This document shows, one piece after another, positions 35,784 to 47,899 of a stretch of 64,000 nt of DNA. The first letter of the stretch is position 1. Every line of letters starts with the position of its first letter. Where the stretch lies: assembly GCA_030324005.1 (NCBI GenBank), contig JARDVH010000084.1, positions 55,597,894-55,661,893 on the forward strand. Direction: 5' to 3'. The position numbers and the translations under genes are program-made. Origin of the DNA: Negaprion brevirostris. Its lineage: Eukaryota. The notes beneath the pieces are model-generated. The model ran no database searches. It was not told the origin of the DNA and was given only the letters and a program-made list of their open reading frames with translations.

Positions 35784-38700
35784 GGGGGGGGGGATTCTTT
35801 GACCTCGCTACACTNNNNNNNNNNNNNNNNNNNNNNNNNNNNNNNNNNNNNNNNNNNNNNNNNNNNNNNNNNNNNNNNNNNNNNNNNNNNNNNNNNNNNN
35901 NNNNNNNNNNNNNNNNNNNNNNNNNNNNNNNNNNNNNNNNNNNNNNNNNNNNNNNNNNNNNNNNNNNNNNNNNNNNNNNNNNNNNNNNNNNNNNNNNNNN
36001 NNNNNNNNNNNNNNNNNNNNNNNNNNNNNNNNNNNNNNNNNNNNNNNNNNCTGTTCCTCTAAAGTGTGGTTGTAGCACAACAGTTGCGAGGGAGAGCGAG
36101 GAGGTAAGTACCACTGTGCACCAAATTTCAGAGCGCAGAAAGGTGATTCAGCCGCTGCCATAATGGGCAGAATGAGGCTTCGGGCCCTGATGGGTACAGG
36201 AGCTCAAGAGGGGCTCGGCCTGGGCCAGGGGCTGTTAGCTCAGGGGTTGTTATTGGTTTGAGGTTATGGTGTGGTGAACATACTCCCTGCCTGCTGAAAA
36301 CCCCTCCCCCAGGGGTTGCATATGAGGCGGAGTTCAAATCCCACTAATGTTGCACCTTCCACCCGGCCACCTGTTGACTGGGAAGGCTCAGTGGTTTAGC
36401 GCAGACATTCCATCCCAGGCCCCACTAACAGTCACAAGCACTTGGCAGCTGTTGCCCCAATTAAGGGAGGCCAGCAGGTGGTAACACAACTCACCACACG
36501 GCAGGAACTCTGTGGTGCTCCCTATAATAGTCACCCATTGCATGGAAGTTACGAGGGCACCTCCCTACTATTGGTCTGACCTGGACACCATGTCTGGAAG
36601 CCACTTTGCACCAAACATCCAGGCGGGTACACACTGGTGTATACTGCAAGGGTTCTTCATTGAGAACCTTCCCACGGTCACATTTATGCTCAATATGAGC
36701 ACCAGAGTGCTGAATCCTGTCTGACTTGTGCTGCGCCACTGGCCTGTGGTATTGGTCCACATCTGGATGGGGGCGGCCATCCAACGAGACAGATCCACAG
36801 TATACATCATCAATCACACAATTCTACTCAGGTGCAAAAGGCAGCTTGCCACATCATGTGAAGGGAAGGTACAGCCATATGGGATATTATTGGCGACCAT
36901 GAGAGGGCAGTCTCCATACTTGCTGAGGCAATGATGTGGTAACGGTGGGCAACCAGTGCAGGTTCTGCATGGCACGGGGGATGATTAGTGTTTTCGGGTT
37001 CAGATGTATGGGGACACAGGGGTGCTTGGAGGAACTGAGGGACCTGGGATGGATAACCTTACAGGCTGTTTCTCATTCACCACACGCCCCACCAGAGCAA
37101 GAATGAATATTGGAATGGAGCCAGCGGAGCTGACAGTGATCGTTGTCATTGCCAAGGTGTGAAGAAACATCGCTGCCCATGGTACGGCCAACCCTAGCTG
37201 GAGACCACACCAGTACAACAGAGGGCCACTGTAAGGGATTGGTCTGAGGAGGAGGGCAGAAAACAATGGAGAAGGTAACCCTAGCTATACTGGACATTCA
37301 TGTCTTTCATGAGCTGCTGGACACCATATCTGCTTAAGGCTCTGTCTCAGTGAGGACACATGCGACATCTGTGCCATGTCCAAGTGGACTTGGCATCTTG
37401 TCAGTGAGGAAGATAACCAATCCTGGTGTCAGTTAAGGTGACAGCTGCCCTTAATTTCTACACCATGGGGTCATTCCAGGGTTCGAACAGGGACCAATGT
37501 GACATTTCGCAGTAATTGATCCACATGTACATCTGGGAGGTGAAGGATGCCCTGTACACTGGGCTGGACACTACATTCATTTTGACCTCAACAAGAAGCC
37601 CAGGCTGAAGGCTTTACTACCATTCTCCAGGTTCAGGGGGCTATAGACAGTACACCATGTCATCCTGGGGGCACGGTGGAATCGGGGGGTGCCCTTTATC
37701 ATTAGGAAGGGGTTCCACTCCCAGAGTGCAGATTGTTTGCACCCACATCGCTAACATCCTGGAGGTGTGCACATGCTTCCCAGGGAGAATGCACAACAGC
37801 TACATCCTGCGACACTTAGACATCCCCGTCTAAGGAGCGCCCTGAGCTTCTGGGATGACTTGTGGGAGACAAGGGCTAACGATGAGGTCATAGCTAATGA
37901 TGCCAGTGCAGAGACTTGAGACCGAGGTGGAAATCTGCTACAATGAGGCCCACTGTGCCACCCAGTCCATCATCAAGCAGTGCATCAGGCTCCTTAAGTT
38001 GCAGTTCCACTGCTTGGATCCATCTGACAGAGTCCTGTACTATCGCCCCGAAAGGGTCATCACACTGTTCCAGGGTGCAGGACAGGGATCTCAGGGGATC
38101 TGTAGGGACAGTCCGCACCCAATGGGTGGCAGGGATCTGGAGGGGCCATTAAATCTCTGACCATTCTTACACAGTCGGCTGAGAACCATGGCATCCAGGT
38201 ATATGGCACAGGCAGTGGAAGATGGGATTCATGCAACTTCAGTGGGAGTTGTCAGTGCAGCCTGGGAGGGCTGAGGGGCTTCTCCTACCCCAGACTGTGC
38301 TACGGGTGTGAAGCTCCCTGGGGAGGACAGGTCACAAACAGAGGAGTCGCAGCTGTGGAGTGCAATAATCTTCAACTGTTATTATTTACAGTGCATTCTA
38401 TCTCTAACTACCTGTGCCCTCTTGATGACCCTACAACATCTTCATCTTGTAGGGCCTGCTACTATGTTAAGTGATTCCCCAGGATGTACATCAGATATGG
38501 AGGCGGTCAGCTGTGTTCCGTGCCCCATGGCCTTTGATGCGTTTGGTGGGCATTCCCTGGAGGACTGGGACACGTCGGGCTCCAGCCTTTGCATCCAGTT
38601 CTGCCCACTGCCTGAGAGTTTCACTGGTGGGAATCAGAAGAGCTAGGGATGACCAGGGTCTCCTGGATGAAAGGCCCAGGCATGGGTTCCAGCACTTCCT

Positions 38701-39971
38701 CATCCTTTGGGTGCTTGTGGGCCCAAGGAACATTCCATGGAATGGCAGGGGAGCTGAAGTTAAGTTCAGAAGCCTCTGTGTTACTTGGCACTACCAGTAC
38801 TGGTTGCCCAACATTGTCTGTTCCATGGTGTGTGAGCCCTCAGCAATGGCCATGTGAGTCTGAACCAAGCTCTGGAGCCCCTCAGCAAGTGCCCTCTGAG
38901 TCTGGGCCTAGCTCTTGAGGCCCACAGCCAAGGCCCTCAGCCATGCCTTTAACCCTGCCACCCAAAGCTACTGCTTCTGCCGCAGCTGCCACCCTTGCAG
39001 TATCAGTCTGGGTACCATGCAATGCAGGCACTACTTCCTTCACCTGAAGTTTGTTTGACTCCTCCAAAGAGCCTTGCACTTGCTGGAATGTCTCCAACAC
39101 CCCTCCTGCAATCCCCGGCTCTGCTTCTGCATCCCCAAAAGTCTGTGAGAACCTATTTCAGCAGTCAGGCATCGAACTGCGGCCTGATGTTTCTCTGGAT
39201 CCAGCAGGCGTCTGCCTGCCCTATTTCTCAGACATTACCGCCTCCACCTATGTGTATCAGCAGCTGTGTGGCCCTCACCAGAAAGTGACCACAAAGCCTC
39301 TCTGGTAATTGCACCCACTGAGATGTCTCTCTGTGCGGGTGATGCCCCTGATCCTTAGTTGGTGGTTTCCTTCATGTTTTTCTGAGATGTTGTTCTGGGT
39401 TATGCAGGGGTGGCTGACTCCTGATGATCCAGCTTCATCTCGTATTGCTCCTGCAAGAGAAGACACATGGGTAAATGCTGGGGGAATCTGCCCAAGTCGA
39501 CACTTAATTGAGAAAGGTCTAAATGGCTGAAGGATTTGTAGATATCACAGTCGTTCACAGCCCTGTCAAGTGACTCCCCTGTGAGATTCTTTGCTCGTTC
39601 CTCAAAGAGGGTCAGGAGCCACAGTATGTGAGTTCCACCACCCGTCTTCTTCCGCTCTCTGTAGTTATGTGCCATAAGTCCCTGAGTTTCTGCTCCTGGG
39701 TCGTCTTCCCTCCTGTGGGTAAAGGGTGGCCTACTGTAACTGGTGACTGTAAGTGCAGCGGGAAAGTTTAAAAGCAACTCCCGCTTGTTTAACAGTGCAC
39801 GGCTGTGGGTCACACACCTGGAGACTCAGTAACGGTGATACTCGCATGACGGCTCTTTCAGTGCACTAAGTGTAGGAGGATTGCAAGGTAGCATGCCGAA
39901 AAGACTGGCACTATTCACTCCTGTTTTCTCGCTGTTATGACACTTAGAAATATTTGGAGAGAATTCCACCC
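35784..39971 (+). mobile_element. Near full-length Harbinger transposon: + strand transposase relic (~37200-38100) and convergent - strand Myb/SANT-like ORF relic (~38400-39720)
   Basis: VKVTAALNFY, QGAID, RKGFHS, LVGDKG and YNEAH...LLKLQFHCLD motifs; MAHNYRERKKTGGG motif on the minus strand; GGG..GATTCT / AGAATTCCACCC termini. Confidence 0.85.
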
Positions 39972-40831
39972 AAGGTTTTGTTTTGAAGATTCTCTGCTTT
40001 TCTAAGATGTTGATTCTAGCTGGGTTTTACTTACAGCCACTAGCAGCCTATTGGTAATTTGTCCAGTTGATGACCATTCTTGAAGTATGAGCCTAGATAA
40101 GTATCAAGACATTATTTGACTTTTAGGAAGTCCAATCCTGCATCACTTTATGTCTTCAAATTTAAGGCTACTCCTTCATGATCAATATCAGGCACCTGAC
40201 AGACTTCTCCCTTTCCCATCCCTGGAAACACCAAAACCATTTGTGGTAACTTCATTTCTGTGTCTGTTTTATTGGCTTGTTACCATGTGAGGCCAAAATT
40301 TCCTCAGCTCTTCTGCACCTCCCAGTTTTCTTTCTCCTCTCCTGCAAATATTGTCTCATGCTATGGTACAATTTCACNNNNAACAGCTACTTGAACATAG
40401 CTTATTGAATCACTGTTGATATGTGATGATATAGTGTCAGCAAGCTACTTGATTGAGAGCACCTTCATCACAAGGCCATCCTATCCTAATGGAAAACCCA
40501 GCATGCATTGATCATGAATGGAATCTCTCGTTGTTTTAACTCTTCCCTCATGAAATAGCTGAGACCACTTGCATCATTGCCATAGCCAAACTGGCTAGAA
40601 TCAATTTGGAACTCCTTTGCTTTTATGAGTTAACACCGTACCAATCAAATTTCTGCCATCTATAAGAATTCATTAAAAACGTTTGTCATACATGATAATT
40701 CTGATTTAGTTTACTAAAGTGGCATTTACTTCTTATAGCACTAAAATTTTAAACTTAACCATTAGTGCTTGCATCTAATGTTTTGTGCTTTAGATTTTTC
40801 CTGTGATCTTACAAAAAATATTTCAAAGTAC

Positions 40832-41010
40832 CTGCTTGAAGGGGTTGCATCAGTTGATTTTGAAAGATTGGGTAGGACTTGTGGTGCCCTCCGCTGAGCT
40901 GGTTGTTGGATGATTGAGGTGAGTGAGGATCATGCCTCTGCAGCAGTGCTGGCGCTAACATTTTCCTTGGACTGACCAGAGAAGAAAAAGGAAGAACAAC
41001 TGGTCCAGGC
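40832..41010 (-). CDS. glis1: GLIS family zinc finger 1, coding exon (third from last)
   Basis: Acceptor CTTATTTCCTTGCAG|, donor CAG|GTACTT, 179 nt, phase 2-1: PGPVVLPFSSLVSPRKMLAPALLQRHDPHSPQSSNNQLSGGHHKSYPIFQNQLMQPLQA. It splices in frame to 30804. Confidence 0.88.
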
Positions 41011-41204
41011 CTGCAAGGAAATAAGTGTATTTTAGCAATGTAACCTTACAACAGCATTCATTCCATGTTTCTAAAACCACAAAGAATAAGCTCCAGCTTC
41101 CTGAGGCTCCACAAGTTTGGAGTTTTTTGGTTGGTGGGTGCAAATCATTTCCAATATTTGGTTTTAGGGGAGCTGAAGAAAACTGTACAACAGACACGTT
41201 GAAC

Positions 41205-44072
41205 TTCATGCACAGTCATTAATGGATATGATGTAATTGGGATCTCAGAGACCTAGCTACAGGGTGACTAGGGATGGGAACTCAACATCCAGGGGTATTC
41301 AATATTTAGGAAAGATAAGCAGAAAGAAGAGGTGGTGAAATGGCATTGCTAGTTAAAGAGGAGATTAATGCAATAGTAAGGAAGGACATTAGCCTGGACA
41401 ATGTAGAAACTGTATGGGATCTGTGGAACACCAAAATACAAAAAACATTAGTGGAGGTTGTGTACATACTAAACAGGAGTAGTGAGAGTGGGGATGGCAT
41501 CAAGCTGGAAATTAGAGATGCGTGCAGTAAGGATACAGCAGTTATCATGGTTGACTTCAATTTGCATATTGATTGGGCTCAATAACCTGGTAGCAATGTG
41601 ATGGAGGACGAATTCTTGGAATACATAAAGAATGGTTCTCTCGACATTATGTCAAGTAACCAACTAGAGAGCAAGCCATCCTTGACAGGGTATTGTTTAA
41701 TGATAGAAGAATAATTAGCAACCTTGTGGTGCAAGATCCTTTGGGGGAAGAGTGACCATAACATGATAGAATTCTTCATTAAGATGGAGGGTCTGAGAAT
41801 AGGGTCCTGAAATTGAGGAAAGCTAACTTTGGTAGTATGAGATGTACATTGGCTAGGATAAACTGGCAAAGGATACTTAAGGGGTTCACAGTGGATAGGC
41901 AATNNNNNNNNNNNNNNNNNNNNNNNNNNNNNNNNNNNNNNNNNNNNNNNNNNNNNNNNNNNNNNNNNNNNNNNNNNNNNNNNNNNNNNNNNNNNNNNNN
42001 NNNGGTAAAATGGGGAAGGTGGCAATATCCAGGTCTTGGTGCACGTCCCCTTTTCCTAACCTGCCACCATTCAGATAATAATCTTCTTTCCTGTTTTTGC
42101 CACCAGAGTGGATAACCTCACATTTATCCACATTATATTGCATTTGCCAAGTATTTGCCCACTCAGCTAGCCTGTCCAAGTCACCCTGCAGCCTTTTGGC
42201 ATCCTCCTCACAGCACACTCTGCCACCCAGCTTAGTGTGGTTTGCAAATTTGGAGATATTGCATTCAATTCCTTCATCCAAATCATTAATGTACATTGTA
42301 AATAGCTGGGGTCCCAGCACTGAATCTTGTAGTACACCACTTGTCACTGCTTGCCACTCTGAAAAGGACTTGTTTATTCTCACTCTCTCCTGCCAATGAG
42401 TTCTCTATACATGTCAATACATTATCCCCATACCATGAGCTTTAATTTTGCTCACTAATCTCTTGTGTGGGATCTTATCAAAAGCCTTTTGAAAGTCCAG
42501 ATACACAACTTCCACTAGTTCACCCTTGTCCACTCTACTGGTCACATTCTCAAAAAATTCCAGATGATTTGTCAAGCAGTATTTCCCTTTAGTGAACCCA
42601 TGCTGACTCAGACCTATCCTGTCACCACAAATGCTCAGTTATTACATCCTTAATGATTGACTCCAATATTCTCCATTTTCTCTCACCTACCTTGTTTAAA
42701 AAGTGGGGTTACATCAGCTACTCTCCAATCTACTGGAACTCTTCCAGAGTCTAAAGCGTGCTGAAAAATGATCCCCAGTGCATCCACCATTTCTAGGGCC
42801 ACTTCCTTGATTACTCTGTGGTGCAGAGCATCAGGCCCTGGGGACTTATCAGGTTTTATTCCCAGCAATTTCCTCAATACAATTTCCTGACTAATAAGGA
42901 TTCCTTCAGTTCTTCCTTCATGTTAGACCCTTTGTCCCCTAGAATTTGTGGAGGGTTATTTGTGTCCTCCTTAGTGAATACAGATCCAAAGTATTTGATC
43001 AACTGGTCTGCAATCTCTTTGTTGCCCTTTATGAATTCATCTGTTTCTAACTGTAAGGGACCTACATTTGTCTTCACCAGTCTTTTTTTCTTCACATATC
43101 TATTGGAAGTTTTTGAAGTCAGTTTTTATGGTTTCTCCCAGTCCTCAGATTTGCTGCTTTGTTGGGCCAATTTATATGCTTCCTCTTTGGCTTTAACACT
43201 ATCCCCGAATTCTGTTGTTAGCCATAGATGAGCCACCTTCCCCATTTTACCCTTACACCAGACAAGGATGCACAGTTGTTGAAGTTCATCCAGATGTTTT
43301 TTAAATGTCTGCCATTGCCTATCCACTGTGAACCCCTTAAGTATCCTTTGCCAGTTTATCCTAGCCAATGTACATCTCATACTACCAAAGGTTGGCATGC
43401 AGGTATGGCAGGTGGTGACGAAAGCAAATGGCATGCTGGCCTTCATCGCAAGAGGATTTGAGTATTAGGAGTAAGGATGGTTTGCTGCAGTTAAACCGGG
43501 CCTTGCTGAGACCACACCTTGAGTATTGTGTACAGTTTTGGTCTCCTTGTCTGAGGAAGGACATTCTTGCTATTGAGGGAGTCTAACAAAGGTTCATCAG
43601 ACTGATTGCTGGAATGGCAGGATGACGTATAAAGAGAGACTGGATCGACTGGGCTTGTATTCACTGGAATTTAGAAGAATGAGACACGTTTTCACAGAAA
43701 CATATAAAATCCTGATGGGACTGGACAGACTCCATGTGGGAAGAATGTTCCCAATGTTGGGGAAATGCAGAACTAGAGGTCACAGTCTAAGGGTAAGGGA
43801 TGAGCCATTCAGGATTGAGATGAGGAAGAACTTCTTCGCTCAGAGCTGTGAACCTGTGGAATTCTCTACCTTAGAAAATTATTGGGACCAACTTGTTAGA
43901 TATGTTCATGAGGGAGCTGGACGTGGCCCTTTTGGCTAAAAGGATCAAGGGGCATGGAGAGAAAGCGGGATGGGATTCCGAAAGTGCATGATCGAGTATG
44001 ATCATATTTAATGGTGGTGCAGGCTCGAAGGGCCGAAAGACCTACTCCTGCATCTCTTTTCTATGTTTCTAT
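41205..44072 (+). mobile_element. CR1 LINE ORF2 (APE-RT-3' end) with inverted central segment 42024-43390
   Basis: APE on + (41205-42023), RT on - (SGVLQDSVLGPQLFTMYINDL; KSPGPD), C-terminus and 3' end on + (43391-44072). Confidence 0.92.
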
Positions 44073-44944
44073 ATTTAAGGCAGTGGTGTCCTCGGCTTGC
44101 TTTCACCCCTTTTTAAGGCACACATGCACACAGGCACTGGACGTAGGATGCACAACTCCTGTTACTGGGACAGGCAAGTGCAGAACGATCTGTTCTTCAA
44201 AGTTCTGCACTGATGTTTTAACCCTCAGCAATAACAGAACGTTACATGTTTTTAATCTATCTCATCCACTCACATATTCAACCAGATTTGTAGCGGGTGA
44301 CTAGAAACCCAGTCTGAGGGAGGGTACAAAACTCAAACTTGCACAGTAATTAAGTTTATTACTATTGACCACAATAGCTCAGAATTTGCTGGAGTAGGGC
44401 ATCTGCAGTGTGCTTCACTGATCAGATTTTTTTCCTCACCTCTTAGCATGAAAAATTTCTGCACGGCAATTTGCTGGAAATGTGAGCTGTAACGTTTTTC
44501 CAGCATCTTGAATGGGCCACCTAGGATCTTTATGAACAACAGGGCTACATCCTTAGCAATGAAACTGAGAAAATGGCAATAAGAAAACATGGTAGATTAA
44601 AGTAAAAGGAAATATAGAAAGGGAAAGATTCAAAAAATAGAGCAAAGAGACAGAAAATGTAAGGAAAACTTGTTTTAAAAGTTTAAAATCTCTAAGCAGT
44701 TTCCTACTTGTAGGAATTAAACCATGGTTTCAATTATTTCCTCTGTGGGCCACTAGGTTGAGTGGTATTTTGAAAACATAATTCTCAATATTTTGGATCC
44801 TTATGTTGAGTACTAATTTTCTGCAGCCAGTTTAATTCACATTTATTGTGCAAATGCAGCAATTTCCTGAAGCTCACTGGAGATCGATAATGCTGTCTTG
44901 TTTTCTCAATTTATTTCAAGTCTTAACTCTTGTGTTTTTTTTAA

Positions 44945-45115
44945 CCATGGGACATGGGCGTCGCTTGCTGGTCAGCATTTATTGCCCATCCCTAGTTGCC
45001 TCTGAGAAGATGGTGGTTAGCTGCATTCTTGAGAGGCTGCAGTCCATGCGTTCTGGGTTGACCCATAATGCCATTAGGGAGGCAATTCCAGCGACTGCGA
45101 AGGAACGGCGATATA
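44945..45115 (-). mobile_element. 3' end of the LINE family at 16970-19370
   Basis: CAGCATTTATTGCCCATCCCT...GAGAAGATGGTGG...GCTGCAGTCCATG matches 16995-17150. Confidence 0.75.
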
Positions 45116-45679
45116 GTCCAACTCATGGATCCCTGCAATGCAGTCTCACTCCGGGACAGAAAGTCCCAGCTGCAATGGGGAAAAATAGATCAAGGTGCAT
45201 TATTCGACACATTTTTAATTGGTAATGGGTTGAAAGATTATGGGGGGAAGGCAGGAAAATAGGGATGAGGAGCATATCAACCATGATCAAATGGCGGAGT
45301 GGATTTGATGGGCTGAATGGCCTAATTCTGCTCTATATCTTATGAATTTATGAACTATTCATTGCAGTCATTGACAACGGCTATGACATCACTGCTGACC
45401 AGAAGATCTGCTCTATCATTTTAGCACACCTGTGGTTTGCTCTGAGACATGTCACTTGGCAACATGGCTTTCATTATATGCATGTTGCATGTCACAGTTA
45501 TCAAACTTGTCATCACTCTCAGTAGCTACTCTTTGGTTTGTCATGGTATCAAATTCAGCTGGTACAGCAGATTGTGCAGAATGAAGGTAACTTGACTGCT
45601 GCAAAGATAGCAAGCATTCAACTGCATAATTCACTGCCTATGGTCGCACACCAGCTGACACCGAAGGACTAAGGTCTCT

Positions 45680-46330
45680 TCTGGTTCTAGTATAGGGCAA
45701 GTTGGCAGATGGTGACCACAAGGTGATGCATATGCAGTCAACAGCACCCTGCATGATAGGTAAACCCGTAATCCTAACAAAGTCATATGCTCACTCTGCC
45801 TGCTTGACATTGGAAAGAGAATGAACTATAATTAGCTTTCAATGAATGGAAAGCCTCATGACATTCTTCAAGGAACAGTAGATGATAAACTGTGAGACAT
45901 TGTAAATAATTGCAGCTGGGAAGAGCCAGATGCATAAATGTTCACTGCTGCCATCACCTTCACAGCTACTGGCAATGCATCCTTTGTGCTGCTCTGAAGT
46001 TGTACTTGTGGCTGCAACAGGTGGCAGATTTCAGAAAGGATACTGTAACTAAAGGACGGATGATTCACACATTTTTCCTCATTGAGTTGCAAGTAGGAGA
46101 ATTTCTCTTTGGAACCAACTGGATGGATATGGCTTCCTGCTAAATGCCCTTCTCTCCCTCTTCCAACAACTTTTCCTATTTTGCCTGTCTTCTTTTGATC
46201 CTCCATTTCTTGTATTCCAAGGGGAAAGTCCTTTTGTGCACCCATGACTGAGAGTTACTGGTCCATGCAGAAACCTTGAGGTCAGCAAAATGTTCATCAG
46301 CAACTGTCATTACACTCCCTGTGGACCTTT
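45680..46330 (-). pseudogene. Harbinger transposase relic (N-terminal half)
   Basis: ALPVAVKVMAAVNIYASGSSQ and PIMQGAVDC motifs. Confidence 0.75.
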
Positions 46331-47348
46331 GCAACTTAAAACAATAACAGAAAGCACCAAACACTTGTAGAATCACAGTAACAGGAAGGAAAAATCAACC
46401 ATCAACTAATCCTCTAAGTATTTGATAATCCCTTTAAATAGCATTGATGCGAGGTCCTTTTGTTGCTGAATTTGAATTTAGCTGGATGAATTTAAGAGAG
46501 GATGTTAGCTGGAGCGTAAAGGTCCAAAAGGCACTGTGGGCATCAAATTAGAACTGCACATTTATTGACATTGTGATCTTCCTCATCTGAATACTTCTGA
46601 TAGATGTTCAATATGCACACACCGTTGCCTGCACCAACATGGTACTGGCACAATTAATCTCATNNNNNNNNNNNNNNNNNNNNNNNNNNNNNNNNNNNNN
46701 NNNNNNNNNNNNNNNNNNNNNNNNNNNNNNNNNNNNNNNNNNNNNNNNNNNNNNNNNNNNNNNNNNNNNNNNNNNNNNNNNNNNNNNNNNNNNNNTTGGC
46801 AGTCACACAATGGCTGGATCTTTTTCTAGTTTCTACATCTCTGTTGGAATACCAAATCATGTTAGAGCAATAATCATGCTAAAAATTACCTGCGCCAGGT
46901 CATTTAAGATATTGGGATTTCCCTTATCACCAAACAGAGTCAATGGCAAACACATTGTCACCGATATTAGCTACCCTGCAGCCATTAAGTGCTCTTAGGA
47001 GCTTTAATTGGAGCTAGAATTTCCACCCCTTACTCAAGAGGCAGTTCCACTTCAGAGAGCTACTGGCCAATCTAATCCCAACAGTGTCAGGTGACCCTGC
47101 AATTTTGTGAAATTCAAAACCAAAAGAAAATGTTTGTTTTCTGAAAAAATATCAGGCACTGTTTGAGTAAGTTGTTATTTTGAAAGGTGTATTCAATTCT
47201 GAAGATGCTTTGAGTTAAGTGTTGTTGCCAATTATACATAGATGACATTATATCTGACTATGCATATGAAATTAGGATCTGCACCAATACAACTGTTCAC
47301 AATCCCACTGCCCCTGTGGAGGTGCCCTTGTGGTTCCAAAGGCAAGGG

Positions 47349-47710
47349 TGTAATGTCCTAACTGTGTTATGGTGCTGATTGTGTGCAGTCGGCAGCTCAC
47401 ATGCTGAGAGTACATTGCTCTTAATTATTGGTTGTTTCTTTTAATCTGGGCTAATGTATTATTGTTATTCTTAGAATCGTTCCCTGGGGTTTCTGAGTAG
47501 GGTTTGATTGGGTTGATTGAGAAGAAGAAAATCATGAGCGGGTGAAGCTAGGCTAACAAAGAGGAAAAAAAAGGCTGTTTGAATTTAAATGGAGCCACAG
47601 CTCTTCTCTCTTTCTCTCTCTCTCTCTCTCTGTGGAAATTGAAGTCTGGAACCTGCTAAAAGAGGTATTTCTCTACAGAAGTCTGCAAAAGGCAAGAGGG
47701 GTTTTCTCCC
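47349..47710 (+). mobile_element. Partial LTR (same family as 49505-50297, opposite orientation) containing a (TC)n tract
   Basis: 47365-47602 aligns with the reverse complement of ~49980-50217; begins TGTAAT. Confidence 0.65.
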
Positions 47711-47899
47711 CCTCTTTGGAGTATAGAGGTTGTGGGTTTAACAAAAAAGAAAATAATGTGGTTTGCACATGTAGATTCAAACCCATGACAAGTTTGTTAA
47801 AAGCAGCATTCTCTGCACTGCACAGAGTGCAAACAGAGTGTAAAACAACAGCCTCTGCAAACGACCCTAATGGCATCAATATCAAATCATGTGATCAGC

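Noticed and set aside
40955-41209. ORF-track peptide overlapping the 41010 exon
   Set aside because: Off-frame, runs through intron sequence and stops inside the exon.
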